A stretch of DNA of 64,000 nt from the NCBI GenBank assembly GCA_003990765.1, contig RBNJ01000006.1, positions 1-64,000 of the forward strand. The letters are read 5' to 3'. Source of the stretch: Jimgerdemannia flammicorona. Lineage: Eukaryota. The position numbers were made by a program, and so were the translations under genes. The notes below the pieces were generated by a model. It did not search any database. It was given only the letters and a program-made list of their open reading frames with translations, and was not told the DNA's origin. Below are positions 39,001 through 50,669 of this stretch, in pieces; within the stretch, counting starts at the first letter, position 1; the number at the start of each line of letters is the position of its first letter.

Positions 39001-40778
39001 TGATGGATTCTTGAGTATTGTGGCAGATTTCATTACCTGCATACTTTTCAATGAGCTAGTAGACCATGGCTACATATTCCAGCTCATAGGATGCTGCTGC
39101 TTATATTTGTGCTACCAGTTCTGAGTGTGGGTCATTTGTTATTCAGTGGAAAATTCCTCTGACTAGTTCTCTGAGCTGAGCCTTATAGATGGCAATTTTC
39201 CTTTCATCTGAGAGATTTCTCAGGGCTGTGATTCCCTCAATTCTGTCAAGGAATTCTCTAGGATCTTCCTCTGGGTATCCTGCAAAGGTTGGCAATGAGA
39301 TGGCCATTTCATTGTCACTTTCTTCTGATTCTGATTCTGGTCCAGATTCTGATTTAGATTCTGACTCTGATTCACTTTCTGAACTATCACTAGAGATGGG
39401 GGTGCTTGGATATCTTGAGGATAGTGTTCTAGACCTTAGACAAAGTAGAATGAGCCTAGGTATTCTTGAAGAAGCTACTTCCAATTCTGTAAGGACTGAT
39501 GGTAAAGGTTTGATGGGTGAGACTGATGGGACTTCTCCGAGATATCTGGCTGCTAGATTCTGGGCTTATGTAATGAAATCTTCTAGTTCTTATACAAGTT
39601 CCTCAAATTGTCCAACAGGATCACCTGTGTTATCTAGTTGATCTGGTTGGAGATTTCAAGCTGTACTGGCTTCTGGTTAGGATTTTTCTGATGCTGCATA
39701 GTTGGTAAGTCTTGAGATAATTACTTCTCTTTCTTTCTAGATGCTAGTGATGACTGGTTCTCCTGTGGTAGTAGAGATTAGTGTTGTATCAAATATATCC
39801 AGTTTGACTATAAGTTCTTGTGAGCTGAAAAGTTACTTTGATTTTAAAATCTTCTTAGTTGAGTTCTCAAATGTAATGTGTCTGACTCAATGAAGACAAA
39901 TTACAAGATTGGAGATTATTGTAGTTTGGCTTGAGCCTCTAGTTACTTTATTATAAGCAACAAAATATTCTTAGTATTTAGTAGTATAATAGTCAAAGCT
40001 GGATATCTGTGAACAATTCTGGTGATTTCCTTATTAGAATGGGTTCTTGGGAGTAGTGGCAATTATATATATAGTGGACTGGTAATTTAGCAGTTCTCCT
40101 TATGTAATTTCTGCATGGCAATCTCTGTATAGTATAGTGATCTCTGTGTAGTGTGATAATCTCCAAAAGTATGTAATTTCTGCAGGACAATCTTATATAG
40201 CATAATGATCTCTGTATAGTATGGCAGATTCTTTATGCATGATGATCTGGTAATTTGGCAGGCAACTTGGTTTGGGTGCAGATTCTTCTGAATTGGACTT
40301 ACTGAGAATAATAACTTGGCAGTTCTTCTGGAGATATTGGGTAGTATAGATTCTTCTGAATCAGGCTCACTGAGAATTGTACTGATGGTAGATTCTTCTA
40401 AATTGGGCTTACTGGGAACAGATGGATAACTTGGATATTACAGATAACTTAGATAACTTAGATAACTTAAATGTTATAGATTCTTGGTAAAGTTACATCA
40501 AAGACTGGCTTTATTTGTATGGAGTTATGTTATAGACTGACTCTATTGTAAAGTTGTATCAAGAGACTGGCTTGTGGCAAGGTTCCTTAAGAGATCTCTG
40601 GGAATGTAGATAACTTGGAATTGGTAGCTTATTTCTTAAGCAACAGATTTCTCTTCAAAAGACAGCAAAGTTCTTACTTGAACTTTAGCAGTAAATCTTC
40701 AGACTTATCTGACAAGTAAACCAAAAATGTAACAGATTCTTTTTTGTATTAGAAAGTGGACCAGAGTAGAAAGAGGAC

Positions 40779-41201
40779 TAGTGCTCCCAAATGAGTCAAA
40801 TCAATTCGAATCGAATCGAATTGAGGGTTAAACGAGTTGAATTGAATTGGGATTTTTCAATTGGAATCAATTCGAATTGAATCAAAAGTCAAATCAAATA
40901 GAGTGTCTAATTTGAACCCTAATTTTCAAAATGCAATAACTCAGTGTAAACTCATCCAAATCTAACGTACCATAGCTTGTTAGAATCACATTAATATGGT
41001 GAATCTAACAAGCTAAAATATGTTAAATTTGGATGAGTATTCGTCGAGTTATTACATTTTGAAAATTAAGGTTCAAATTAAACTTCGAATCAAATTGGAC
41101 CTTTGATTCAATTTGAATCAAATCAAATTGGACCCTTGATTCGATCAAATCAAATCGAGTTTGGGCCAAATTTGATTTGATTCGATTCATTTGGAGCACT
41201 A
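40779..41201. mobile_element. MITE copy 2 (hAT-like, foldback)
   Basis: TIRs TAGTGCTCCCAA / TTTGGAGCACTA; perfect 8-bp TSD AAGAGGAC (40771-40778 / 41202-41209). Confidence 0.92.
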
Positions 41202-42297
41202 AAGAGGACCAATGAGCTTTCTATATATCTCAGCAAAATGGTATAACTGAGCATTTTAATCATATAGTTATAGAAATAGCTTATATAATAATTAATATAG
41301 TAAGATTGGAATACTCTTATTGGACTAAAGCAATTAATATTGTAATATATACATATATATAATCAGTATATTTCTCAAGCACTAAACAAAGAAGTCAGTA
41401 ATAATAATAAACATAAGGATGATAATCTCACTCCTGAAGAATTATAGAGTGGAATTAAGCCTAATATATCACATCTATATATATTTGGTTATGAGGCATA
41501 TATTCTTAATAAAAGTAATGCCAATTGACATAAATTTAAGCCAAAAGCTAGCAAGTATATATTTTTTAGATATTCTGATACCAGTAAGATATATAGACTC
41601 TGGGATCCATATAAGTGGCATATTGTCATTTTATATGATATATAATTCAAGAAAAAAGAAAATGAGGAATTCTGTATAGATATACTAGTATATATATCTA
41701 TATCTACATCTATATCTAAGCCAGTACAAGCACAACAACTGTCATCAATCTCTTCAGCAGTTAATCAAAATTATTTTCAACTATTATATATATCTGAGCC
41801 AAAGTTGTCTAAGCTAATAATAACAGATATTAAGGATAAAGATGACAACATATCCAATATTAAGAGATTCTCTATAGAATAAAAAAAAGCATTCTAATCT
41901 TTGTCGAGAAACTTTTTCAAATTAGGAAGTTTTAGAATATACCAGTAAGTTCTAGATAGCAGTAATGTCAAGATTATATAAGCTATGCTGAAGTATATAA
42001 ATGTACATATATTACAACATTCAGTAAGTCAAATATATATAACAAAGTTATATAATTCCTGGACAGTAAAAAATGTGAATGTGTGATTAATGAGGAGTAT
42101 TATTCACTCATCAAGAATGATATATGAGATCTCATATCTCTTCTGCCAAATTACCAAATAATTGGATCAAAGTGGATCTATAGAATTAAATATAAGAGTA
42201 ATGAAAGTGTAGAGTGATATATGTAAAGCTCATTTCATTATTAAGGATTATTTACAAAATTATAATATAGATTATAACAAGACTTTTTCACTAATAT

Positions 42298-44316
42298 TAT
42301 AAGATGGTTACTTTGTTAGAATACCATTATATAGTTCTGGAAGAGTTTTCTAGAAGTTCTGGATATTCTGAAAGATAATTTTCTTTAAGGTCAAGATTAA
42401 TTTTATATAAAATATATTCTCTATGCTTATTGATTTCAAGATTGAGTTAATATCTCAACCAAAGTTCTTTTTTGATCTAGTTCTAGATGTTCTGGATTTT
42501 TCTTATTTTAGGAAATTTGAGAAACTAAGACTAGCTTAGTTGAATTGATATATCACTATAGACAATACCCAATTAGGAAATTTCAGGATAGTTAAGAGTG
42601 AGACCTAATAGAGTATAGATTTACTTAAGAGTAGTTTGTAGATTATTAAATAAGTTTATTTGCTATTCATAATATTACTATACTAGAAGTAATGTGTGAA
42701 GAGATATTTATCTGAAGAAGTGTTTAGGAGTACTGGGTTGTTCTTATCTATTTGAGTCTATTTGTATCTATGTTTCTAAGATCTAGAGGAGTAGGCATTT
42801 ATACTAATAAAAGGCTATCTAGACTATACTAAATATAGATATAGCAATTAGTACTTTGATGAGTCAAAATACAGTTACATAGTATAAATGTGAACTAATA
42901 TATCAAGAGATTCATCTGACTGCTGAGTCAGTATGCAATTATATAGTATAAGGCTAATCTAACTATACTAATAACTGTTAAGCTATCTATAGATTTAGAT
43001 GCTATCTGAGTATTCTTCAATGAGGGCACTATCTATGACATCATCTCTGATAAAGTAGTTATCTAGAAAGAGTGGTTCTTGGATAATATCTCTCTATTTA
43101 TTCATATAGTAATAGGTTGGAACTATATCACTATCCTATAATATAGTATCATCTATCTCATATACTAGATAGAATATTAATTAGTAGAGAGAGAGTACAT
43201 TATCTTCATTTTCATCAGATTTGCTGTCTGTATATCTTTGGTAGATAACAGCACTACATGCATGTTGTAAAGTTATAGTATACTAGTAGTTATAGTTTGT
43301 TTTATTCATACTTAGGAGGTAGAGTTATTGGTTCAATCTCAAGAGTTGTCTGGAGGTATAGATTGTATTCTTTGGTTTCTTCATTATAGTTGAAGTAATT
43401 GGGTATAAATGTAGGTTAGTACTCATACTAGTGATCATTATTCTAATAGATTTTGTAGATAGTTATGAATTATTATTCATCAGCAAGATTGGCAGAGTGA
43501 TCAGGGTTAGCAGAGATCCTTGGCTGGAGGTCATGTTAGCATCAGAGAGGTCATTGTCTTCTGCTTTATTATTATTAAACTGGATTATATTGTAGATATC
43601 CTTTATGATATATAACTTGGAGTATTTGTAGGATGTGGTTATCAGAGTATGGGAAAGGTCTATCTGTGGTTTGAATGTACTTGATATATTTATAATTGAG
43701 TTTTTATACCATATTATCAATTTGTCCATAGGACAGAGTGGCGACTATTTCAGTAGTAGTAACTTGGAGGTGGAGAATAAAGGTACTAAACTCATAGAAG
43801 AGTTCTTAGTATTTATAAGTAATAAGTTTCTGGTGATGAGACATCTGAGTAATATCTATATCATAATAGTATTCAACTATATCTTTCAGGAGGTAACTAA
43901 TCTGATAGTAGCTTGAGATTTGTCCAATTTGGTAGACCTTACTAAGTATGTTCAGAGTATTCTATTGAGCTTTCATGAAGTAGAAAAGTGCTAAACTATG
44001 GATATTCATAAGAAGTAGGTGAGCTGTAGGTCAGTTGATAATGGTATTCCAAATATCAGTACAGATATAGTTATAGATTATAGTGGTCATATCTGGTATT
44101 TATTTAAGAGTTATGGTTGTTCATTTGGTTTATTGTAGTTCTTCATTTCAATATATCTATATATATATCTTTGGTCCTGATTGGTAAGATTCCATTTTTA
44201 AAAATCTTATATTCTGTAACTTTAAGTTGACTCAGCTTTGTAATCTTATATATAGTTTCTGAATTTATTCTGAGGGTGATGTGTGATTTCAGTAACTTAG
44301 AGATTGTATACTTATA
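42298..44316 (-). mobile_element. Solo LTR of Gypsy family A
   Basis: Reverse complement of 2489-4541 / 13796-15851 over its full length; TSD AATAT / GATAT; removing it restores the Copia RT frame. Confidence 0.92.
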
Positions 44317-46119
44317 GATATTTGAGCTTACTTTACTTAAAATACTCCTTGTGATCAGTATACTATCAGATCTGAAAATCCATCAAATAGATATTAAGAC
44401 AGAATTTCTGAATATTGATATAGATACTAAACTATATAACTGTCAACTGCAAGAATATAAAAAAGGTAATCTTGTATACAAATGATGTAAAGAACTATAT
44501 GGTATCAAACAAGTAGTATAACTATCAAGTAAAAGAATTGATAAATATCTCCTTGATAATAGATTTACTTGCTATGAAGCAAATAATTGCATATATATCC
44601 AGTACTATAATAATAGTAGTATAGTCTTTATTAGTATCTGGATTGATGATATAATTATTATTATCAGCAAAAATAAGCTTAATAGAGTTAAAAAAGCTAT
44701 ATGCTGAGAGTTCAAGATAATAGATATGTGTGATGCATCCTTTCTTTTGAGGATATCTATTATATATAATATAAATATTATGACAAACCAGAATGTACCA
44801 TCTGAATTATACCTTAGCTAGATGACATGAATACACAGCATAGTAACCAGTAACCATTGCTACAGAAACTGTATAAATAGTCAGACTATCAGATAAGGTA
44901 TATCTGTGCAGGACCTGCACACCTGTGCTGGACCTACACACTTGTGCTGGACCTGCACAACTTGCCATAGATAGCAAATCTATAGTTAGCCACATAGTAA
45001 CCAGATAGTAACCAACTTGTATAAATTACTCCAGAGATAAGAGTAAATAAACCTCAGTTCAAAATACAAACCAAAGAAGCCTCTAAAGATTGAGTATTGG
45101 TCCCTTATTCCACTCTGGTCTACTTTCCAATACAAAGATTGATTTGTACACTTACCAGACTAAGCCTGAAGATTTGCTGTCAAAAGTTCAAGGAATAACT
45201 TTGCCACTTTTTGAAGAATTCAAGTTTTCACTGCCATTCTTACCACAAGCCAGTCTTTCTGATGTAACTTTGCAGTGGAGCCAGTCTATGATATAACCCT
45301 GTGCAAACAAAGTCAGTCTTTGATATAACTTACCAAGAATCCTAGTTAATTCCCAGTTGAAGCCACTGATTTAAGAGAATCTGTGTCATCTGCTATTTCC
45401 AAGTTATCTGCCATATTTTCAGTTGAAGCCGCTGTTTTCAAGAAGTCTGCCAATTCAGGAGAATCTGCATCATCTGCTGTTTTCAAGTTATTCACATTCC
45501 CAGAAGAACCCATGCTGCCTGAGCTATTATTTTCAGAAGAATCCTATTTGCGCCATCTGAGTAGTATTCCCAATTAAAGCTGAATCTGTGACATCCAAGT
45601 TGGTTGTCCCCAGTGAGCCAGAGTTATCAAGTTATCTACTGCCAGGATAATTCCCAGTAAACCTGCACCCAAATCGAGTTATCTATCAAATTATCAGAAT
45701 GACCCAAATAAGGAATCCACTTGCACTATACAAGATCGGCATATAGAAATTGTATAAGAAGAACCACTAAATTGTCAGACCATTATGCACAGAGATCATT
45801 ATGCTACACAGAAATCACTTGCTACTCAAGAAGGAAACCGCTTGTACTACATACAAATTCTGCCATTCCCAGTTGACCCAAGAAGGAAACCCATTCACAA
45901 ATCGCTGCTACACCCAGAGAACTATCCCAATTAGGAAATCAACACACAAATCACTTGCAGATATCCAGCTTTGACTATTATATATACCACTAAACACCAA
46001 GGACCTCAGGAATCTTAGAATATTTTGTTGCTTTTTGACAAAGTAACTGGGGGCTCAAGCCAAACTACATCAACCCCCAATCTTGTAATTTGCCTCCATT
46101 GAGCCAGGCATGTTACATT

Positions 46120-46137
46120 TGGAGGCTCAACTAGGAA
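46120..46137 (+). promoter_or_regulatory. Putative PBS, tRNA-Pro-like
   Basis: TGGAGGCTCAACTAGGAA resembles the tRNA-Pro PBS TGGGGGCTCGTCCGGGAT mostly by transitions. Confidence 0.5.
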
Positions 46138-46175
46138 GATTTTAAAATCAATATGACTTTTCAGCACAAGAACTC

Positions 46176-47700
46176 ATGGTCAAACTAGATATATTTGATA
46201 CAACACCAATCTCTGCTACTACAGAAGAACCAGTTATCACTAGCATTTGGATAGGAAGAGAAGTAATCACATCAAGACTTGTTGACTACCATGCATCAGA
46301 AGGATCCCAACCAGAACCAAAAGGTAGTACAGCTCGAAATCCCCAACCAGATCAATCAGACAATACAGGCAGCCCTGCTAGAGATTTTGGAGAACTTGCA
46401 CAAGAACTAGAAGACCTTATCACATGGACCCAATACTTTACAGCCAGACACCCCACACCAGTCCCACCAATCTCACCAATAGAACCCCTACCACAACCCC
46501 TTGCAGAACCAGAAGTAGCTCCTACAAGAATACCTAGACCTATTCCACTCCATCCAAGGACCAGAACACCATCTTCAAGATATCCAAGCACCCCCATCTC
46601 TAGTGACAGTTCAGAAAGTGAATCAGAATCAGAATCCAAACTTGAACCAGAATCAGAGAAAAGTGATGCCGAAATAGCCACCTTATTGCCAACCTTTGCA
46701 GGATACCCAGAGGAAGACCCCAGAGAATTCCTTGATAGAATTGAAGGAATTGCAGCCTTGAGAAATCTCTCAGATGAAAGAAAAATTTCCATCTACAAAG
46801 CTCAGCTCAGAGAACCAGCCAGAGGAATTTTCCATCAAATAGCAAATAACCAAGATTCAGAACTAGCAAGACAGATACAAGTAGCAATGTCTGATGAGCT
46901 AGAATATGAAGCCATGGTCCACTGGCTCATTGAAAAATATGCAGGAAACAAAACCTGCCACAAGGCTCAGGAATCTATCATGTGGATGAAGATGAATCTT
47001 GGAGAATTACCCAGAACCTTCTTCACAAGAATTCAGAAGAGAATGCATTCTGCTGGGTTCAATGCCACTAACCAAGACATCATAGGTCCAATTACCTTCA
47101 TGAATGGAATTCCCCCAAATATTGCCCAGCATGTCTGCACTCTAGGCATTAGAAGGTCTGAAGAGCAAGTAGATGCAGCCCAAGGATTCTTTGATGTCAG
47201 GCAAGGAACTACCTGGAGTGATCATGACAAGAAATAAGATAAAGAAGATATCTTGGTCAAAGCCCTACAAGGACTCCTTTAAGGACAAGAAAGATCTGAG
47301 GAAAGAAGGCCAGCCAAAGAAGGAAAGAAGGACAGAAGTGAAATCTAAGACCTCAGCTCCAAGTTAGACTGATTAGTTACACAGATTGAAAAACTCACCA
47401 CACATGAAAATTGGGACTACCAAAACAACAGAGGGTATCCACCACAGAGGAGCCAAGGTTATTCACCAAGAGATAACAGGAATTACCAGCAAGAAGAAAG
47501 AAGATACCCTGCCTGAGACAGAGCCCAAGTTCAATGTTTTCACTATAGACAATTTGGACACTATGCCACTGAATGTGATAACAAAAGAAGTAACAGAAGA
47601 GACTCAGAACCACCAAACTGAAGGAATGACACCCAGTACAAGAACACTGAAGTCCATCCTGTTGAAGATTTCGAGGAAGCAAGCAACAGTAAAGACTACA
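46176..47700 (+). pseudogene. gag of element C1 (capsid-like region and CCHC knuckle)
   Basis: 353-aa ORF with LPTFAGYPEEDPREFLDRIE and TFMNGIPPNI; knuckle CFHYRQFGHYATEC at ~47535-47577. Confidence 0.85.
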
Positions 47701-47972
47701 GTGATCTAGACTTGTACCCTACCAAGGTTATCACCCGAAAGACAGTCTACCCAGCAGAAAAGAGGAAGAGACCTGTAGGAAGGCCATCCAGGAATATCAG
47801 CAGAAGAATCATTCGAGATGAAGATGAAGAACATGAGGAGGAACAAGTAGAAATACCTCTCTGAACTCCTTTACCTTTTGTTCCTGAGACAAATAAGTTG
47901 CCATCAGAAGATGAAGAAATAGAATAAGAAGAATGGGAACCTGCTGCTCCAAAGCCTAAGAAGAAGTACACT

Positions 47973-49223
47973 TTGAAGACCATGCCTAGAGACATTTATA
48001 ATAAAGTCTGGCAGAAGATTCAAGAAGCCAAGATGGAAGTCCCCCTCCTGCAGTTCTTACAATTGACACTAGCTGGGGTCCAAAACAAATTGCTGAGAAC
48101 CACCAGGTCTAGTACTGGCCAAGTTCCAATCCCACAGCAAGAACCAGCTTCCATCTCTGTCCAATCAGCTGAAAGATATATCAGCACCTATTTACATAGA
48201 GATATTGGAGGACAAAAAGCAAAAATCCTCATAGACATAGGAGCAGCTGTCTGTATCATTGCCAAACGATTCTTGGACACCCTCCAATGGCCCATTGATG
48301 GACCATCCAACCTCAGCATCATAGTAGCAGATGGAGCCCAAACTCAACCTCTTGGAGAAGTACAAAATATCACCATCTCTCTTGGACACATTCAGTTCTC
48401 CATCCCCAAAGCTGTTGTCACTGAAGCTGTCACCTATGATATGATTCTTGGCACCAACTGGATGAAGGAAATGAATGCAGTTGTTGATATCAGCCAACAA
48501 GTACTCAAGTTTGATTATCAAGGCAAGAAGTATAGGATTAAGGTGACTAGCAATGAGCAATCAAAGAAGAAGAAAAAGGTCACTATTCAGAAAGAATATA
48601 CCAGCAGTGAGGAGTTTACTACAGAAGAGGAAGAAGAATCTGAAGATGGAAATGATCCCAGACTCAATCCCCAAATCAATCTGGTGGATGACAGACCAGA
48701 AGATAATGTGTGGGCCAAGAACACTATCCCTATTACCATAGGAGCTATTGCAGGAGAAGCCAAAGGATGCCCTACATGCCTCAAGAGACACAAGTGTCCT
48801 GAGCACTCCTCCAAGATCATGGGAACAAGAAAATCGCCTGGCACAGCCTGCCCAGAATGCAGAAGGAAGAAGAAGAAATGCAGACATGTTTCAGAAACAC
48901 CTGCAACCGAAGCTACAGAAGTACAAGCAATTTGGGGCCAAGAATCATCCAAGGAAGAAGAAACTTCTGACCAAGAAGTTCCTGAACAAGAAGCACCTGA
49001 TGAAGAAGAGGTCCCTGAACTCATTCTCTGGGATGACCCTCACTGGACACCACCTGAAGACAATGACCCTTGGAATACAGAAGAAGGACCCAGTACAATC
49101 ACCATTATTCCCAAGAAAGAAACTCACCAAGAAAAGGCTTTTCAGCTAGAAAGATGTCCACACCAAATGGTCTTCTACTCTTCCCAAGACTACTGCTATC
49201 AGTGTCATCTGTTGGACCAATAA
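47973..49223 (+). pseudogene. Aspartic protease plus Cys-rich linker of element C1
   Basis: ILIDIGAAVCII (DTG in copy C2), DMILGTNWM, then CPTCLKRHKC..ACPECRRKKKKCRH and CPH..CYQC. Confidence 0.88.
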
Positions 49224-49862
49224 GAAAGACAGAGACCCCAGAGATCAGAACCCCCAACTACTCTTGCACAGTCCACCACCTTTCAAGAAGTCACCACAAG
49301 GTTACAACATTGATTTAGGGGACAAGGCCTCTTCACCCAAATAGAAATATATCCCTTGTCTACCCTTCCCCTGACCTATGATCAAGATGGGTATTGATTC
49401 CCAAGACAACAAGAGATAAATAGCCAGGAACATCATTTTCAGGCAATGGGATATTGCAACCATAGGAGACACCCTGACTGCCAAGACTGCAGACATCAGA
49501 AGATTCACCTCAGTCATGATGTTGCAGTGCACACTTTGAAGAAAGGAGAAAACTGAAGCCAGATTCGAAAAAACCAGATTCAAAAAAGTCAGACCAAGAA
49601 GCCCAGAAAAAGAATCCTTAAGATCTATGATTTGGGAGAAGACATTCTAGCTCTCATTAGACATATAACCCACCAAGGATAGGCAGAAGATATCACCAAC
49701 TTCATGGAAGCCCTTGACCCTATAGGAAGGAGGGGAATCAACTATCTCTGAGACCCCTCTACTGGAGCCAGATGGCCACACCTCAACCTTAGAGCTTGGA
49801 GGCTTTCTGCTAGTGGAGTCTCAGCCTTAGGAAAGCCTGAACTCAGCAAGGATATTGCCCAG

Positions 49863-50249
49863 TATGTTCTGCTGCACCCCAAGGCCAAACCCCCAACCAA
49901 AGTCCACCCAGAGGATATAGGATATGATCTTCGCAGCCTGGAGGATGAATCTATCAAGCCTGGAAAAACCTTCATGGTTAGAACTGGATTAGCCATACAG
50001 CCACCCCCAGAAGCTTATATTCAACTGACCTCAAGGTCTGGACTTGCCAGACAGGAGATAACTGTAGAAGAAGGAACCATTGACCCAGGATATACAGGCG
50101 AAATCAAGGTCAGCAGTGCAGAATGGCACTGAATCATTAGAGGACAGAAGATTGCTCAAGCAGTCTTCATGAAAGTCAAGACCCCACAGTTACAGGAAGT
50201 CTCTGAACTAACTGAAGGAATAAGACAAGCCAAGGGATTTGGAAGTTCA
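49863..50249 (+). pseudogene. dUTPase domain of element C1
   Basis: PPTKVHPEDIGYDL, VRTGLAI, TSRSGLA, GTIDPGYTGEIKV, KIAQAVF, KGFGSS: all five trimeric dUTPase motifs; small deletion after motif III relative to C2. Confidence 0.92.
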
Positions 50250-50669
50250 GACAGGAAAGAGGTACATCTCCTTCAAGTCAACCATCTTAAGAGGAATGTT
50301 CCCTAGCAAGTGTACCAGTAACCAGTCAGACTGCACAAGAATCTCATCCTGGAGCCCAGAGAACAAACTATCTTCGAAATCTTTGCACCACCCGACCCCA
50401 GAAACCTTTTCTTTGAAACCAAGGAAGATATCCCATATCTGGATATAGAGGGACACACATTCCCTGACAAAATGAACCCAGTACACTCCCGAGCAACCAA
50501 CCAAAGTTGGGAGACCATCATCTTACTGAAAGGAACCATCATAGGATATCTGGTGCCCTTTCTCAACTGAACTCATAGGGAAGTTTATGAACTAAACCTA
50601 TCAGGAAATAGTAAAAGGTCTCAGAAGAAAGGAAAGGCCCCTCTGCGACCCAGAAGATAGTGAAGCCTT

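Larger units (their letters stand above)
25288..41215 (-). mobile_element. Ty3/Gypsy element family C, copy 2 (3' LTR 25288-32478 split by LINE; internal 32479-39871; 5' LTR 39872-41215 split by MITE and truncated)
   Basis: Reverse complement is colinear with 44779-55368: gag (LPTFAGYPEEDPREFLDRIEG), LMDTGAA protease, dUTPase ~35925-36310, RT YIDD (34782-34982), RNase H, integrase, PPT rc at 32479. Confidence 0.93.

Noticed and set aside
45355-45500. CRISPR-like repeat array in the LTR and MITE repeats
   Set aside because: Units are degenerate tandem repeats without unique spacers; no cas genes; eukaryotic context.
45090-45577. ORF in the family C LTR
   Set aside because: Low-complexity repeat-derived frames; I could not show protein-level conservation between C1 and C2.
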